Shown here one piece after another: positions 41,025-50,981 of a stretch of 64,000 nucleotides of DNA. Position numbers and translations under genes: made by a program. The notes under the pieces were generated by a model. It saw only the letters and a list, made by a program, of their open reading frames with translations. It did no database searches and was not told the DNA's origin. Positions within the stretch are counted from its first letter, which is position 1, and every line of letters starts with the position of its first letter. This DNA is from Methanocorpusculum sp. (lineage in GTDB: Archaea > Halobacteriota > Methanomicrobia > Methanomicrobiales > Methanocorpusculaceae), in NCBI GenBank assembly GCA_034932965.1, contig JAYFOG010000005.1:3296-67295 (forward strand), written 5' to 3'.

Positions 41025-41693
41025 ATGCATGCAATAGATGCCGAGGATGCTGCCTGTCTGAGGAAGATCGCTCTGCTTGGCGGGCGTAAAGGCCCGGTCC
41101 GTCTCTCCACCCAGACTCTGGGAGATCAGCTTGGGATCAGCCAGCAGACTGCATCACGCAGACTTCAGTCGCTCGAAAAGGCACAGATGATCTCGCGGAC
41201 CACCGAGTCGACCGGTCAGTATGTTCTCGTGACCCGGTCCGGCGAGGAGCATCTCCGGCGGGAGTTCTCCGAATACTCCAAAATATTCGATGTAAAAGAT
41301 GAACAGTACATCCTCACGGGAACGGTGATATCAGGCGTAGGGGAAGGGAGATATTACATGTCCATCCCTCATTATCAGGAGCAGTTTCAAAAACTCTGCG
41401 GTTTCACTCCGTATCCGGGAACACTCAATATAAAACTCAATCCCCAGAGTGTTCAGATCAGAAAACGCATGGACTCCCTGGAATGGACGGTCGTTCCGGG
41501 CTTCAAAGATGAACACCGTATGTTCGGCGAGGCACGCTGCATCAAATGTACGATATCCGGCATCCCGTGTGCGATCGTTGTCCCCGGCCGGACCCATCAC
41601 CCGGAAGATGTGATCGAGATAATCTCCGGGACCCAGCTCAGGGATGCTCTGGGTCTTGCAGAAAACAGTGATGTTGTCGTGGTCATCGGATAA
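41025..41693 (+). CDS. ribK: CTP-dependent riboflavin kinase with N-terminal wHTH
   Basis: SQQTASRRL, GTVISGVGEGRYY, PYPGTLN, PGRTHH motifs. Confidence 0.94.
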   Translation: MHAIDAEDAACLRKIALLGGRKGPVRLSTQTLGDQLGISQQTASRRLQSLEKAQMISRTTESTGQYVLVTRSGEEHLRREFSEYSKIFDVKDEQYILTGTVISGVGEGRYYMSIPHYQEQFQKLCGFTPYPGTLNIKLNPQSVQIRKRMDSLEWTVVPGFKDEHRMFGEARCIKCTISGIPCAIVVPGRTHHPEDVIEIISGTQLRDALGLAENSDVVVVIG

Positions 41694-41768
41694 ACCATCC
41701 CTTTTTTATTACATTTCCGCAAAGCCGCCTGCGGGAAAAGAGGATCGGCACCTGACCCTGATCAGGTA

Positions 41769-41960
41769 TCAGTCAAACTGGAAAATCTCTTCGACTGTTG
41801 TATGAAAATATCGGGCGATACTAAACGCCAGATCAAGGGAAGGATCATACTTGCCCTTTTCTATTGCAAGGATCGTCTGGCGGGTCACACCCAGCTCCTT
41901 TGCCAGAGCATCCTGCGTCAGATCATGCATGGCCCGGTAGACCTTGATCTTATTCTTCAT
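41769..41960 (-). CDS. Small XRE-family HTH regulator
   Basis: LTQDALAKELGVTRQTILAIEKGKYDPSL. Confidence 0.92.
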   Translation of the reverse strand: MKNKIKVYRAMHDLTQDALAKELGVTRQTILAIEKGKYDPSLDLAFSIARYFHTTVEEIFQFD

Positions 41961-42462
41961 CTTCGCCCCAGACCCCGAACTTACGGGCGTAATAGAACCG
42001 GAATCCGACATAAATGAAGAGTGCCGCAACGATCATAATCAGCTGCAGTACCGCAAATAATCCCAGCTGCGAGATGGGGATCGTCTCAGGCGGGACGGGA
42101 AAATACGGGATGGATTCAAATCCGCCGGCAGGGATCAGTGAATCTTTTGGACGGCTGTAAGTGAATGAATGAAAACCCAACGGGCCGCTGAAAACATACA
42201 CGATCGCAGCAAGATTCACCGTCAGAAAAAGAACGACCGATGCCTTGATCGTTGCAGACGCGGTTTTCATGTCGATCAGAATACTCCGCTCATCCTCATC
42301 AAGATCGGTAACCCGTTTTTTCAAAATGAAGAAGAGGACCGCACAAACAACTACGGATACTGCGATGATCACCGGACTCGAAAGTCCTATCGACAGCCAG
42401 AACAAAAGAAGCAGCGACACGGCAAGCAAACCGCATATAATATAGAAGGTATTTTTTTTCAT
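41950..42462 (-). CDS. DUF2178 family membrane protein
   Basis: TM helices with a DERS motif; usual partner of the small XRE regulator. Confidence 0.75.
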   Translation of the reverse strand: MKKNTFYIICGLLAVSLLLLFWLSIGLSSPVIIAVSVVVCAVLFFILKKRVTDLDEDERSILIDMKTASATIKASVVLFLTVNLAAIVYVFSGPLGFHSFTYSRPKDSLIPAGGFESIPYFPVPPETIPISQLGLFAVLQLIMIVAALFIYVGFRFYYARKFGVWGEDEE

Positions 42463-42943
42463 CAGGTAATCCTACGTTATGTTAATTGAACACCATAAGG
42501 ATTTGCAAAATATGAACACCCGCCCGTTGTGTGTGGGAATAGGGCGGGCATCCTGGTATGGTGGTATGAGAAAAAATCTGATTCTGCTTTTCCTGTTGTG
42601 TGTACTGAAGAACAGGAGAACGAAACCGTTCGGCCCGCACTTCAGCGTATAATCTATTTTACATAATGTAATATATAGTTTCCGTTTGCCGGATAAATAG
42701 GACAAAGCCGGATAAAATGAAAAAAAACTCCCCGGATCTTTTTGATGGTGTGGATCGGATCCGGGGTCTGCTGGTGTGTGTATGGTTCTATATGGGAAAA
42801 TCTGTGTTTTCTGTGTCCTGAAGAATCAGTATCACCGATGCTTCATTAATTGGTATATCATTCATTTTCCTATATATACATTCTGAACGTAGACATATCG
42901 CGTGAACCTTAATCTCCGTAAAGCGCCCATCATACGGATAAGC

Positions 42944-44782
42944 ATGCCTTCAATCACCACCGGACACACCGGCGACCAGCCTCACTATATTCCAATAACA
43001 GCAGAGGAGTTCAAAAATACCGGGAAAAAAACCCCGGATATCATTCTTGTATCAGCCGACGCTTATGTTGATCATCCGTCGTTTGCCTGCGCACTTCTCG
43101 GACGGACACTGATCAATGCAGGATTCTCCGTCGCCATAATCAGTCAGCCTGACTGGAAAGACCGGGAAGGGGCCGACTTCATGCAGTACGGAAAACCAAA
43201 CCTCTTCTTTGCCGTACTTCCCGGAGCCGTCGATCCCATGGTCAGCGCCTACACCCCGGCACTCCGACGCCGACATGACGATGCATACTCACCCGGGGGA
43301 AACCCCACCCGCCCGGAAAAAACAACGCTTGTTTACACAAATATCCTTCATCGCCTGTTCAAAGACACCCCGATAATCATCGGAGGAATAGAAGCAAGTC
43401 TCAGACGTTTTGCCCATTATGACTACTGGAGCGACACCGTCAAGCAGGGAATTCTTGCCGATGCTCCGGCATCTCTTCTCGTCTACGGCATGGGTGAACT
43501 CCAGATGATCGAGATCGCCTCCCGCCTGAAAAACGGTGAAAGCGCGAAAGACCTGACAGACGTCAAAGGCACCTGCTATACGATGAGTATAGCAGCGTTC
43601 CGGGAAGATCCGCCGGCCGGAACCGTACTTCCGGGATATCCGGACGTCGTTAAAAAGGAGATCTATGCTGAAGCGTTTAAGATCCAGTATCTCTCCAAAG
43701 ACACCCTGATCCAGCCCCACCCGAAGACCGTCATCGTCCAGAACCCGCCGGCGAGGCCGCTTACCACGGAAGAACTCGATATCATTTACGAACTCCCTTA
43801 CGCCAGAAAACAGCACCCTGCATACAAAGAGCCCATCCCGGCCCTCACCCCGATCCAGTTCTCCGTCACTACCCATCGCGGCTGCTTCGGCGCCTGCTCA
43901 TTCTGCGCCATAACCCATCATCAGGGAAAGGAGATCGTTTCACGAAGCGAAGCTTCGATCCTGAGAGAAGTTGAGAGGATCGCAAAAATGCCGGAGTTCA
44001 AAGGGACGATCACGGACCTTGGCGGACCTTCGGCGAATATGTACGCCAGTCATTGCGCAAAATGGGAGAAGAACGGTCCGTGCCTCGAAAAAAACTGTAC
44101 GACCTGTCCCTCACTGAAAATGGATACAGAAGAACAGCTTTCTCTCCTGAGACACGTATCGGCGGTTCGAAAAGTCAAACATGTGTTCATCAGCTCAGGG
44201 ATAAGATACGACCTTGTTCCAAATACCGAAGAAGGGGACAGATATCTCAAAGAGCTGACTGACCGCCACATCTCCGGCCACCTCAAAGTCGCCCCCGAAC
44301 ATATCAGCGACCGGGTGACCCAGCTGATGAACAAACCGGGAAAAGCGGCCTTCGATGCATTCTGCAAACGTTTCGACGCTCTTCAAAAAGACAAACCGAA
44401 ACGTCAGTATCTCGTTCCCTATCTTATGTCGTCTCATCCGGGATGCCGGATAGACGATATGGTGACCCTTGCCCTCTATCTCAGGGAGAAGGGCATGTAC
44501 ACCGAACAGGTCCAGGACTTCACCCCGGTCCCGATGACCCTCTCTACGGCGATGTACTACACCGGTCTGAACCCCCTCACCGGGAAAAAAGTCCATGTGC
44601 CTCTCGGCGATGAGAAACGGATCCAGAGGGCCCTTCTTCAATGGAAGGATCCAAAACAGTATGATTATGTCATCTCCGGCCTGCTGAAGGCAGGCAGAAG
44701 TGACCTGATCGGCGATCTTGTGCCGAATAAAGGCCTCCCGCCGGTAAAAAAATCAGGCGACCGGAAAAAAAGAAGAAATTAA
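42944..44782 (+). CDS. YgiQ / UPF0313 family radical SAM protein
   Basis: DAYVDHPSF, GGIEASLRRFAHYDYW, RGCFGACSFC, LKVAPEH, EQVQDFTP motifs. Confidence 0.93.
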   Translation: MPSITTGHTGDQPHYIPITAEEFKNTGKKTPDIILVSADAYVDHPSFACALLGRTLINAGFSVAIISQPDWKDREGADFMQYGKPNLFFAVLPGAVDPMVSAYTPALRRRHDDAYSPGGNPTRPEKTTLVYTNILHRLFKDTPIIIGGIEASLRRFAHYDYWSDTVKQGILADAPASLLVYGMGELQMIEIASRLKNGESAKDLTDVKGTCYTMSIAAFREDPPAGTVLPGYPDVVKKEIYAEAFKIQYLSKDTLIQPHPKTVIVQNPPARPLTTEELDIIYELPYARKQHPAYKEPIPALTPIQFSVTTHRGCFGACSFCAITHHQGKEIVSRSEASILREVERIAKMPEFKGTITDLGGPSANMYASHCAKWEKNGPCLEKNCTTCPSLKMDTEEQLSLLRHVSAVRKVKHVFISSGIRYDLVPNTEEGDRYLKELTDRHISGHLKVAPEHISDRVTQLMNKPGKAAFDAFCKRFDALQKDKPKRQYLVPYLMSSHPGCRIDDMVTLALYLREKGMYTEQVQDFTPVPMTLSTAMYYTGLNPLTGKKVHVPLGDEKRIQRALLQWKDPKQYDYVISGLLKAGRSDLIGDLVPNKGLPPVKKSGDRKKRRN

Positions 44783-46044
44783 CCCTCCGGTTCCTGCTCA
44801 CATACAAGAGACTTGGGTTTCTCGCCTCTAAAGAAGAAACCCTTGTAGACCAGAGGAACGATCACCGTCGTCACTAACGATATCACCACGATCGCGATAA
44901 ACAGCTCGTTTCCTAACTGAATCAGATGTTCGGCCTCGAGAGGATCCGCGGCTTTTGCTGCCATCTCCTGGAAATGGTTGAGAGCAATAAGTCCGACTAT
45001 CATTGCAACTTCTCCCCGGGGCGTCATCCCAATCCCGATCACTGCTGAATCCTTCCAGCCCATACCTGCAAGTTTCGCCGGAAGACCGCAGCCGACAACT
45101 TTCGTGATAACGGCGACGATCGTCAGGATCACGATAAACAGGATCATATCCGGAGTCAGATACCGCAGATCGGCGATGATACCAAGGGACACGAAGAAGA
45201 TCGCCGCGAATATGATATACAGATACTCGGCGCCCAGTTTGATATCCATACTATGTTTCAGACTCACCCTGTTCACGCAGATACCGGCAAGGAATGCGCC
45301 GACGATCGCAGAAATTCCAACTGCCTCGGCCATCATTGCGTAGAAGAAAGCGATCATCATCGCAAAGATGAAAACGAACTCCGGGAACTGCCGTGCGATC
45401 TTGGTTCCATCCATTTTGGTAATGAGTGTGGGGATGAACTTGACGCCGAGAACAGCAGCTATGATAACGAAGGCAAACGCTTTGATGACCGTGATGCCGA
45501 CCGAGAGGGGGATCAGTTCTCCGGTCGCCGCAAGATCGGTACAGATCGACAGCACGATCAAACTTAAGATATCATCAATGACCGCAGCACCGATGATCGC
45601 CTTGGCAAACGGCTGATGGAGTTTTCCCATTTCGCGCAGAACATTTGCCGTGATCGCGATACTGGTCGCAGTCAAAGCCGTCCCTATGAAAATGGCACTG
45701 TAAAAATCCATGCCGAAAAAGACCGCGGTGAAGTATCCCCCGATCCACGGGACAATGACACCGCACAGAGCAATGACAATATATCGCCAATTGGTGATAT
45801 CGCGCAGTTCAAACTCGAATCCGATCACAAACAAAAGAATTATTGCGCCAAGGCCGGCAAGACTCTGGACAAAGTCCGTATAGGTGATAAGTCCCAGAAC
45901 ACTTGGACCGACGATCAAACCAACCAGGATCTCGCCGATGACTGCGGACTGGTGGATCCGTGTCGCGAGAAGATAACCTCCCAGCGCAACGAACAACAGC
46001 AGACTCATCTGAAATTCGATGGTGGATACGAGTTCTTCCAACAT
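44779..46044 (-). CDS. Cation:proton antiporter (CPA2/NapA type)
   Basis: TATSIAIT, GAAVIDD, PRGEV motifs. Confidence 0.92.
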   Translation of the reverse strand: MLEELVSTIEFQMSLLLFVALGGYLLATRIHQSAVIGEILVGLIVGPSVLGLITYTDFVQSLAGLGAIILLFVIGFEFELRDITNWRYIVIALCGVIVPWIGGYFTAVFFGMDFYSAIFIGTALTATSIAITANVLREMGKLHQPFAKAIIGAAVIDDILSLIVLSICTDLAATGELIPLSVGITVIKAFAFVIIAAVLGVKFIPTLITKMDGTKIARQFPEFVFIFAMMIAFFYAMMAEAVGISAIVGAFLAGICVNRVSLKHSMDIKLGAEYLYIIFAAIFFVSLGIIADLRYLTPDMILFIVILTIVAVITKVVGCGLPAKLAGMGWKDSAVIGIGMTPRGEVAMIVGLIALNHFQEMAAKAADPLEAEHLIQLGNELFIAIVVISLVTTVIVPLVYKGFFFRGEKPKSLVCEQEPEG

Positions 46045-46101
46045 AAGTATCTTGATTTAGGTTGTATTACTAAAAAGAATTTCTCTTGAGCGGCCCGGAT
46101 C

Positions 46102-46701
46102 TCAGTAATCCGGGTCCTGTTTTGCCGGACAGAAATTACATAACGCCTGAGGAAGATCCTTTTCCCGGTCGCGGATCGGGCAGTAAACAATGTCTCCCGC
46201 CTGACGGATCTTGAGTCCGCCGGGGAAAGGCATCCCGACGGGATGACCGCAGCCCCCTTTTACAAACATCACGTAGGCAAACACCAGACGATAGAAGAAT
46301 TTTGACAAGGGATGGTTCTGGGCCGGCCGGGGATCCTTGGAAGGGGCAGTGTCCTGATAACAGTATTCGGGGACATCCGTCCAGTATTTTTTCCAGAGAT
46401 CGATATCCGGAAGCGGACCATGACAGACGATCCCGGGTCTGTACTCCTGCATGAAGGAATGGTACTGGTCAAAGAGGTCCATACAGTATGGTTTGTACAA
46501 CCGGCGGTACGGATCGGGGAGGCGGTCGGCCTCACGTTTCAGATATCCGCCGATGTACTGCAGATCAAAAACCGTGTAGGCCGACAGAGCTCTGCCGATG
46601 ATCCCGGCAGCGGTCTGATTCGTCTCTGCAAGGAGAAGAGCGGCGACCGTATCTTCAATAAATATTTTGGCGGAGGAGGGGGAACGTGAGAAGATGTCCA
46701 T
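46102..46701 (-). CDS. DUF2115 (UPF0305) protein
   Basis: HPVGMPFPGG and YCPIR..CNFCPAKQ motifs. Confidence 0.85.
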   Translation of the reverse strand: MDIFSRSPSSAKIFIEDTVAALLLAETNQTAAGIIGRALSAYTVFDLQYIGGYLKREADRLPDPYRRLYKPYCMDLFDQYHSFMQEYRPGIVCHGPLPDIDLWKKYWTDVPEYCYQDTAPSKDPRPAQNHPLSKFFYRLVFAYVMFVKGGCGHPVGMPFPGGLKIRQAGDIVYCPIRDREKDLPQALCNFCPAKQDPDY

Positions 46702-46800
46702 GGAGAGAGTACCATACATTGGCCGCGGCACCCCATAAAATCTGTGTGCCGGCAACAACACATGTTTATATTCCGCTACGTCGAATACAGTGTACTTTTC

Positions 46801-47772
46801 ATGGATATTCTCTACGCCGTAGTGGTCATCATCGGCCTTGTTGCCTTCGAAACCGTTGCAAGCATAGATAATGCCATCATCAACGCGGATATTTTATCGA
46901 CGATGAAGGCCTGGGCGCGGCGCTGGTTCCTTACCTGGGGTCTTATCATCGCGGTGTTCGGTGTCAGAGGGCTTCTTCCCTGGGCCATTATCTGGGCATC
47001 GGCCCCATCGCTTGGTCCGATTGGAGCTCTTACCGCGACTTTTTCCGGGGATGAGACGGCGGCTCTCGCGATCGAACATAGCGCTCCGTTCCTCCTTCTC
47101 GCGGGCGGAGTGTTTATGATTTTTCTGTTTCTGCACTGGTTTATGGTGGAGCAGAAGAACTGTATTGTGCCGGGAGAACTCGCTTTTTCCAGAACAGGAC
47201 CCTGGTTTTATGCGGCAGCCGCGATTATTCTTCTGGCACTTGTTTACTTTACCGTTCAGATAAATCCGTTCCTCGCCGTCGCAGCAGTGGCTGGATCTGC
47301 GATCTTTTTTATCATGCAGGGATTTCGACTGTTTGCAGACGCAAAGTCGCTGGAGCTTGAGAAAGGAACGGTTGATCCAAATGAAACGGGACACAAGTCC
47401 GAAATCAGCAAACTGATGCTTCTCGAAGTTATCGACGCGACGTTTTCCATCGACGGCGTTGTCGGGGCATTCGCATTCACGATGTCGGTACCCCTTATCC
47501 TGATTGGAAACGGTATCGGGGCATTGGTTGTTCGTGAACTGACGATTCGAAATGTCGACAGCATCCGGAAATATGCGTATCTCAAGAACGGAGCGATGTA
47601 CTCGATATTCTGTCTGGGTATCGTCATGTGCTCGGAAGGATTCGGTCTGGAACTGCCGATCTGGCTCGCACCCCTGCTTACCGTGAGCATCGTCTCGGTC
47701 TTCTTCTGGCTCTCTCTTAGGAGAATAAAGAGACATGATTACGGAGCCTGCCCGGCACCGAGAAAAGAGTAA
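46801..47772 (+). CDS. DUF475 (TerC-like) membrane protein
   Basis: SIDNAIINA, LEVIDATFSIDGVVGAFA, YLKNGAMYSI motifs. Confidence 0.88.
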   Translation: MDILYAVVVIIGLVAFETVASIDNAIINADILSTMKAWARRWFLTWGLIIAVFGVRGLLPWAIIWASAPSLGPIGALTATFSGDETAALAIEHSAPFLLLAGGVFMIFLFLHWFMVEQKNCIVPGELAFSRTGPWFYAAAAIILLALVYFTVQINPFLAVAAVAGSAIFFIMQGFRLFADAKSLELEKGTVDPNETGHKSEISKLMLLEVIDATFSIDGVVGAFAFTMSVPLILIGNGIGALVVRELTIRNVDSIRKYAYLKNGAMYSIFCLGIVMCSEGFGLELPIWLAPLLTVSIVSVFFWLSLRRIKRHDYGACPAPRKE

Positions 47773-48152
47773 CTATTTTTTTGGTTAAGATCACACCGCG
47801 TAAGTCCAGGCATAAAAAAGAAAATGCAGATGTGATCCGTTTTCTGTCCGGAGGTACAGACCTTGCCCGTCGGCAGCGACCGCGGAAAATCCGCGGGCAA
47901 TTATGCGGGCAAGGCAGGTCTCTCACTCTATATTGAGTGCTTTGCGCCGCTCTTCAATAATATCCCTCTGTTTTTGCGTGATACAGATTTCGAGAGCCTG
48001 TGTCTCGTCTTTTGGCTGATCAGGATGGAGCTCAGATGTTCCAAATCCTTTTGGAAAAACTGTTTCTGCTCCCTTGATATGAGATACTTGTTTCTCATTG
48101 AAAACGTAAGAATAGGATTATCACTGTTTCAGACATACAAAGTAGAAATCCC

Positions 48153-49253
48153 ATGTATGAGAAAGATGAGTTCATCACCCGGATAAAAAACCAGATCCGG
48201 GTGGAAGAGGAGTATGCAAAGCTGCTCGAGGACGGCAGACACCGGCTTGCCCGTTCCAAGTATCTGATCCTCATCCCGCTTGTTTTGTTTATCATTGCGG
48301 CGGCGGCTTTTGTGATATCCTCCAATAACCCCGGACAGGTCCTTATCCTCTGGATCGAAGGAAGCTTCTATCTCTACATGTTCTACTTCTTTTTGATGAT
48401 GATCCCTTCCATCGGCTCGGATGCAAAGATCAGCATCTTCGATAAAAAATTCCGGGTGTATGTGCTGGAGTTCCTTCGGCTCGCAAATATCCTCCGGACC
48501 GTCCGGAGAAATCCGCTGACCCTGGTGGAATTTTTCTGGAACGCTTTTCTCATCAACACCAAACCGCTCGTAAAAGGGTTTACGATCCTGTATCTGATCG
48601 ATCTTCTCTGTGCGGTCGTGATGAAACTTTTCGATATCATCGACTGGCTGATGTTTTTCCTGCTTGTTGTCCAGATCGGCGTGATCCTGATCTTTTATTC
48701 AAGGGTCACTGCGGCAAAACCGGGAACGCCGGGATTTTTTGTCGGGAAACCTCTTCCGGGTGCGGATATCTTCGATGTCAGAAATCTGAAAGCCTGGCTG
48801 TATGTCGGGATATTCTGCATTTTCACCTGTCTTATTATCGTAGGGGCGATGTTTTTCCCGGGTATGACGCTTGGTCAGTTTCTGCGTGATATCTCCCTTG
48901 TTTCCGGGCAGTATCCTCTTCTTCTCGCCCTTATCCTGATCACCCAGGGTCTGATCCTGCGGTATTTCCAGGGTGTCGAGAGCCGGAAACTGATGAATAC
49001 GCTCAATGAGCATCATCTTTCGGTTTTAAAGGACGATCTTCTGCCCCGGGTGGACCGGGCAGAGACTGCGGATCTGCCGGAACTGAAGCGCGAGTTCCTG
49101 CTGTTTATCATGAACAAACTGATGGTCCAGGAGTTCTTCTACCGGTTCCCTGCATACACGCTGATGCCCAATCTGCTTCTGGCTCTCGATCCGGTGGCTC
49201 AGGAGATCCTGACGGAGACGGGCGAGGATAAACATCTGAAAGATATGCTGTAA
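48153..49253 (+). CDS. Hypothetical multi-pass membrane protein
   Basis: 366-aa ORF with about 6 TM helices; no recognised motif. Confidence 0.7.
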   Translation: MYEKDEFITRIKNQIRVEEEYAKLLEDGRHRLARSKYLILIPLVLFIIAAAAFVISSNNPGQVLILWIEGSFYLYMFYFFLMMIPSIGSDAKISIFDKKFRVYVLEFLRLANILRTVRRNPLTLVEFFWNAFLINTKPLVKGFTILYLIDLLCAVVMKLFDIIDWLMFFLLVVQIGVILIFYSRVTAAKPGTPGFFVGKPLPGADIFDVRNLKAWLYVGIFCIFTCLIIVGAMFFPGMTLGQFLRDISLVSGQYPLLLALILITQGLILRYFQGVESRKLMNTLNEHHLSVLKDDLLPRVDRAETADLPELKREFLLFIMNKLMVQEFFYRFPAYTLMPNLLLALDPVAQEILTETGEDKHLKDML

Positions 49254-49267
49254 AAAAAAGATTGGGA

Positions 49268-49864
49268 TCAGATCCGGCTCATCTTGAATTCAGCTGCCGA
49301 TCCTGAATCGGTGTAGACTGCAGCGCTGTCAGTCAGAGAAGCCGTCAAAATATACGACACGACGCTCATAACGATCATCAGGATCATGGGGACAAGAATG
49401 CAGGTGAACACCTTGTTTGGCGCGAGTTCGGTGATCGATGCGATCCCAAAGATCCAGACAGGGATACACCAGAACATCAGGGCTCCCTGAACTGCAAGGC
49501 TCATCAGGGTATCCACGGTCCCGATCAGACCGACAGCTCCGGTCAGCAGCGCTCCGATCGCCAGGATCGCCGAGGCATAGCCGGTCACGGCGAGCATCTC
49601 CTTATACGTGCATTTCGCATAGCCGATGATTTTTACGCCGGCAAGGAACAGTCCGGCGACGACTGCCCAGGAGACAAAGACGCCGATCACCCCTCCGATC
49701 ACCGTGAGGATCGCGATCAACGGATCGGCCGGGAGGATGAAAACGATCGAGAGCAGAGTATAGAGGAGAGTGATCAGTACAGGTATCAGGAGACCTTTGG
49801 GGCACTCCGCAAAGAACTGTTTCTGATCAAAAAGCAGGTAAATGATTGCATTTTTGATATTCAT
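49268..49864 (-). CDS. Yip1 family membrane protein
   Basis: About 5 TM helices; Yip1-like N-terminal F..P pattern and TGYA motif. Confidence 0.65.
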   Translation of the reverse strand: MNIKNAIIYLLFDQKQFFAECPKGLLIPVLITLLYTLLSIVFILPADPLIAILTVIGGVIGVFVSWAVVAGLFLAGVKIIGYAKCTYKEMLAVTGYASAILAIGALLTGAVGLIGTVDTLMSLAVQGALMFWCIPVWIFGIASITELAPNKVFTCILVPMILMIVMSVVSYILTASLTDSAAVYTDSGSAAEFKMSRI

Positions 49865-49886
49865 GGATGACTTATTATATTTCTAT

Positions 49887-50906
49887 TCAGTCAGTATTAA
49901 CCTTCGCCAGCACCCGTGTCAGAAGCGCGATCGTCTTTGCGTCCACGATCTCTCCGCGGGCGATCATGCCAAAAACTTCATTCTTTTTGACCTGGACCAC
50001 ATCGATGATCTCATCCTCATCTCGGGCACAGTCCTCACACGGGTTGAGCCCCCGTGCCTCAAACAGCCAGAGTTTTTCGGTGCAGAATCCCGGCGTCGAG
50101 TAGATATGGCCTCTCGGCACAAACTCTTTTGCCGAAAACCTCGCCTCCTCAGCCAGTTCGCGTTTTGCACACTGCAGAGGCGTTTCACCGGCATGATCCA
50201 TGCCGCCTGCGGGAACTTCCAGGATATACTCATTGATCACTGCACGGTACTGTCTGATCAGATACACATGCTCCTCATCGGTTGGGAGAATGCAGACCGC
50301 CGGGACCGGCTGGACGAAGAGATAGTTTCTGTCCTTTCCGTTCGGGAGATGCACGTGCCGTGTCTCGATGGTGAGCCTTGGCGTGTCGTAGATCTTCGTG
50401 CTGCCTTCGGCCGGGAGGATCGGAGCGACAGTTTTTGTCTTCGGCGAATCCAGATAGGCAAACAGGGGTAGGAGCTCCTCTTTTCTCACCTCATCCACCT
50501 CTTCGATCTTCTCCTTTTTCATCATCAGTTTGTAGACCAGCCCGAGTTTGTTGTAATCGAGCGCTCCCCTGAGATGGAAGACACGGATCTTTTTCATCAT
50601 CTCGGGAGTGAAGTTTTTGAGCAGAAGATCCTCCGTCCGCCGTTTTTCCTCAGGATCGGTGACGCCGACGGTGAAAACGATCACCGATTTGTTCTTCAGC
50701 TGCCTGAAATTATTCGCTATCAGGGCAATTCCGGCAATACAGCCGATGTAGATCCCTGCACCGTAAATGACCGTGTCGTAGGGGGCGAGATCTTTTACCT
50801 CCGTCTCATCGGCATTTCTCAGGTCGGCACCAAGCTCTTCAGCGATCCACTCGGCATACCGTTTCGCGGATCCGTACTTCGATTTATATACGACTACTGT
50901 GCTCAC
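49887..50906 (-). CDS. Flavodoxin (HemG-like) / Nudix hydrolase fusion
   Basis: N-terminal YKSKYGSAKRYAEWIAEEL; C-terminal RQYR..EVPAGGMD..ETPLQCAKRELAEEA and STPGF. Confidence 0.85.
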   Translation of the reverse strand: MSTVVVYKSKYGSAKRYAEWIAEELGADLRNADETEVKDLAPYDTVIYGAGIYIGCIAGIALIANNFRQLKNKSVIVFTVGVTDPEEKRRTEDLLLKNFTPEMMKKIRVFHLRGALDYNKLGLVYKLMMKKEKIEEVDEVRKEELLPLFAYLDSPKTKTVAPILPAEGSTKIYDTPRLTIETRHVHLPNGKDRNYLFVQPVPAVCILPTDEEHVYLIRQYRAVINEYILEVPAGGMDHAGETPLQCAKRELAEEARFSAKEFVPRGHIYSTPGFCTEKLWLFEARGLNPCEDCARDEDEIIDVVQVKKNEVFGMIARGEIVDAKTIALLTRVLAKVNTD

Positions 50907-50981
50907 AGAATATCCCTTCTCTATTCTGAATAGGTCGTGATGGGATAAGTGTTTTAGTATTGCACAGAGAAAAAAGGGGTG

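Noticed and set aside
47923-48110. Protein-like minus-strand frame ending ..QRDIIEERRKALNIE*
   Set aside because: No in-frame start and no recognisable family. It may be a remnant but cannot be supported.
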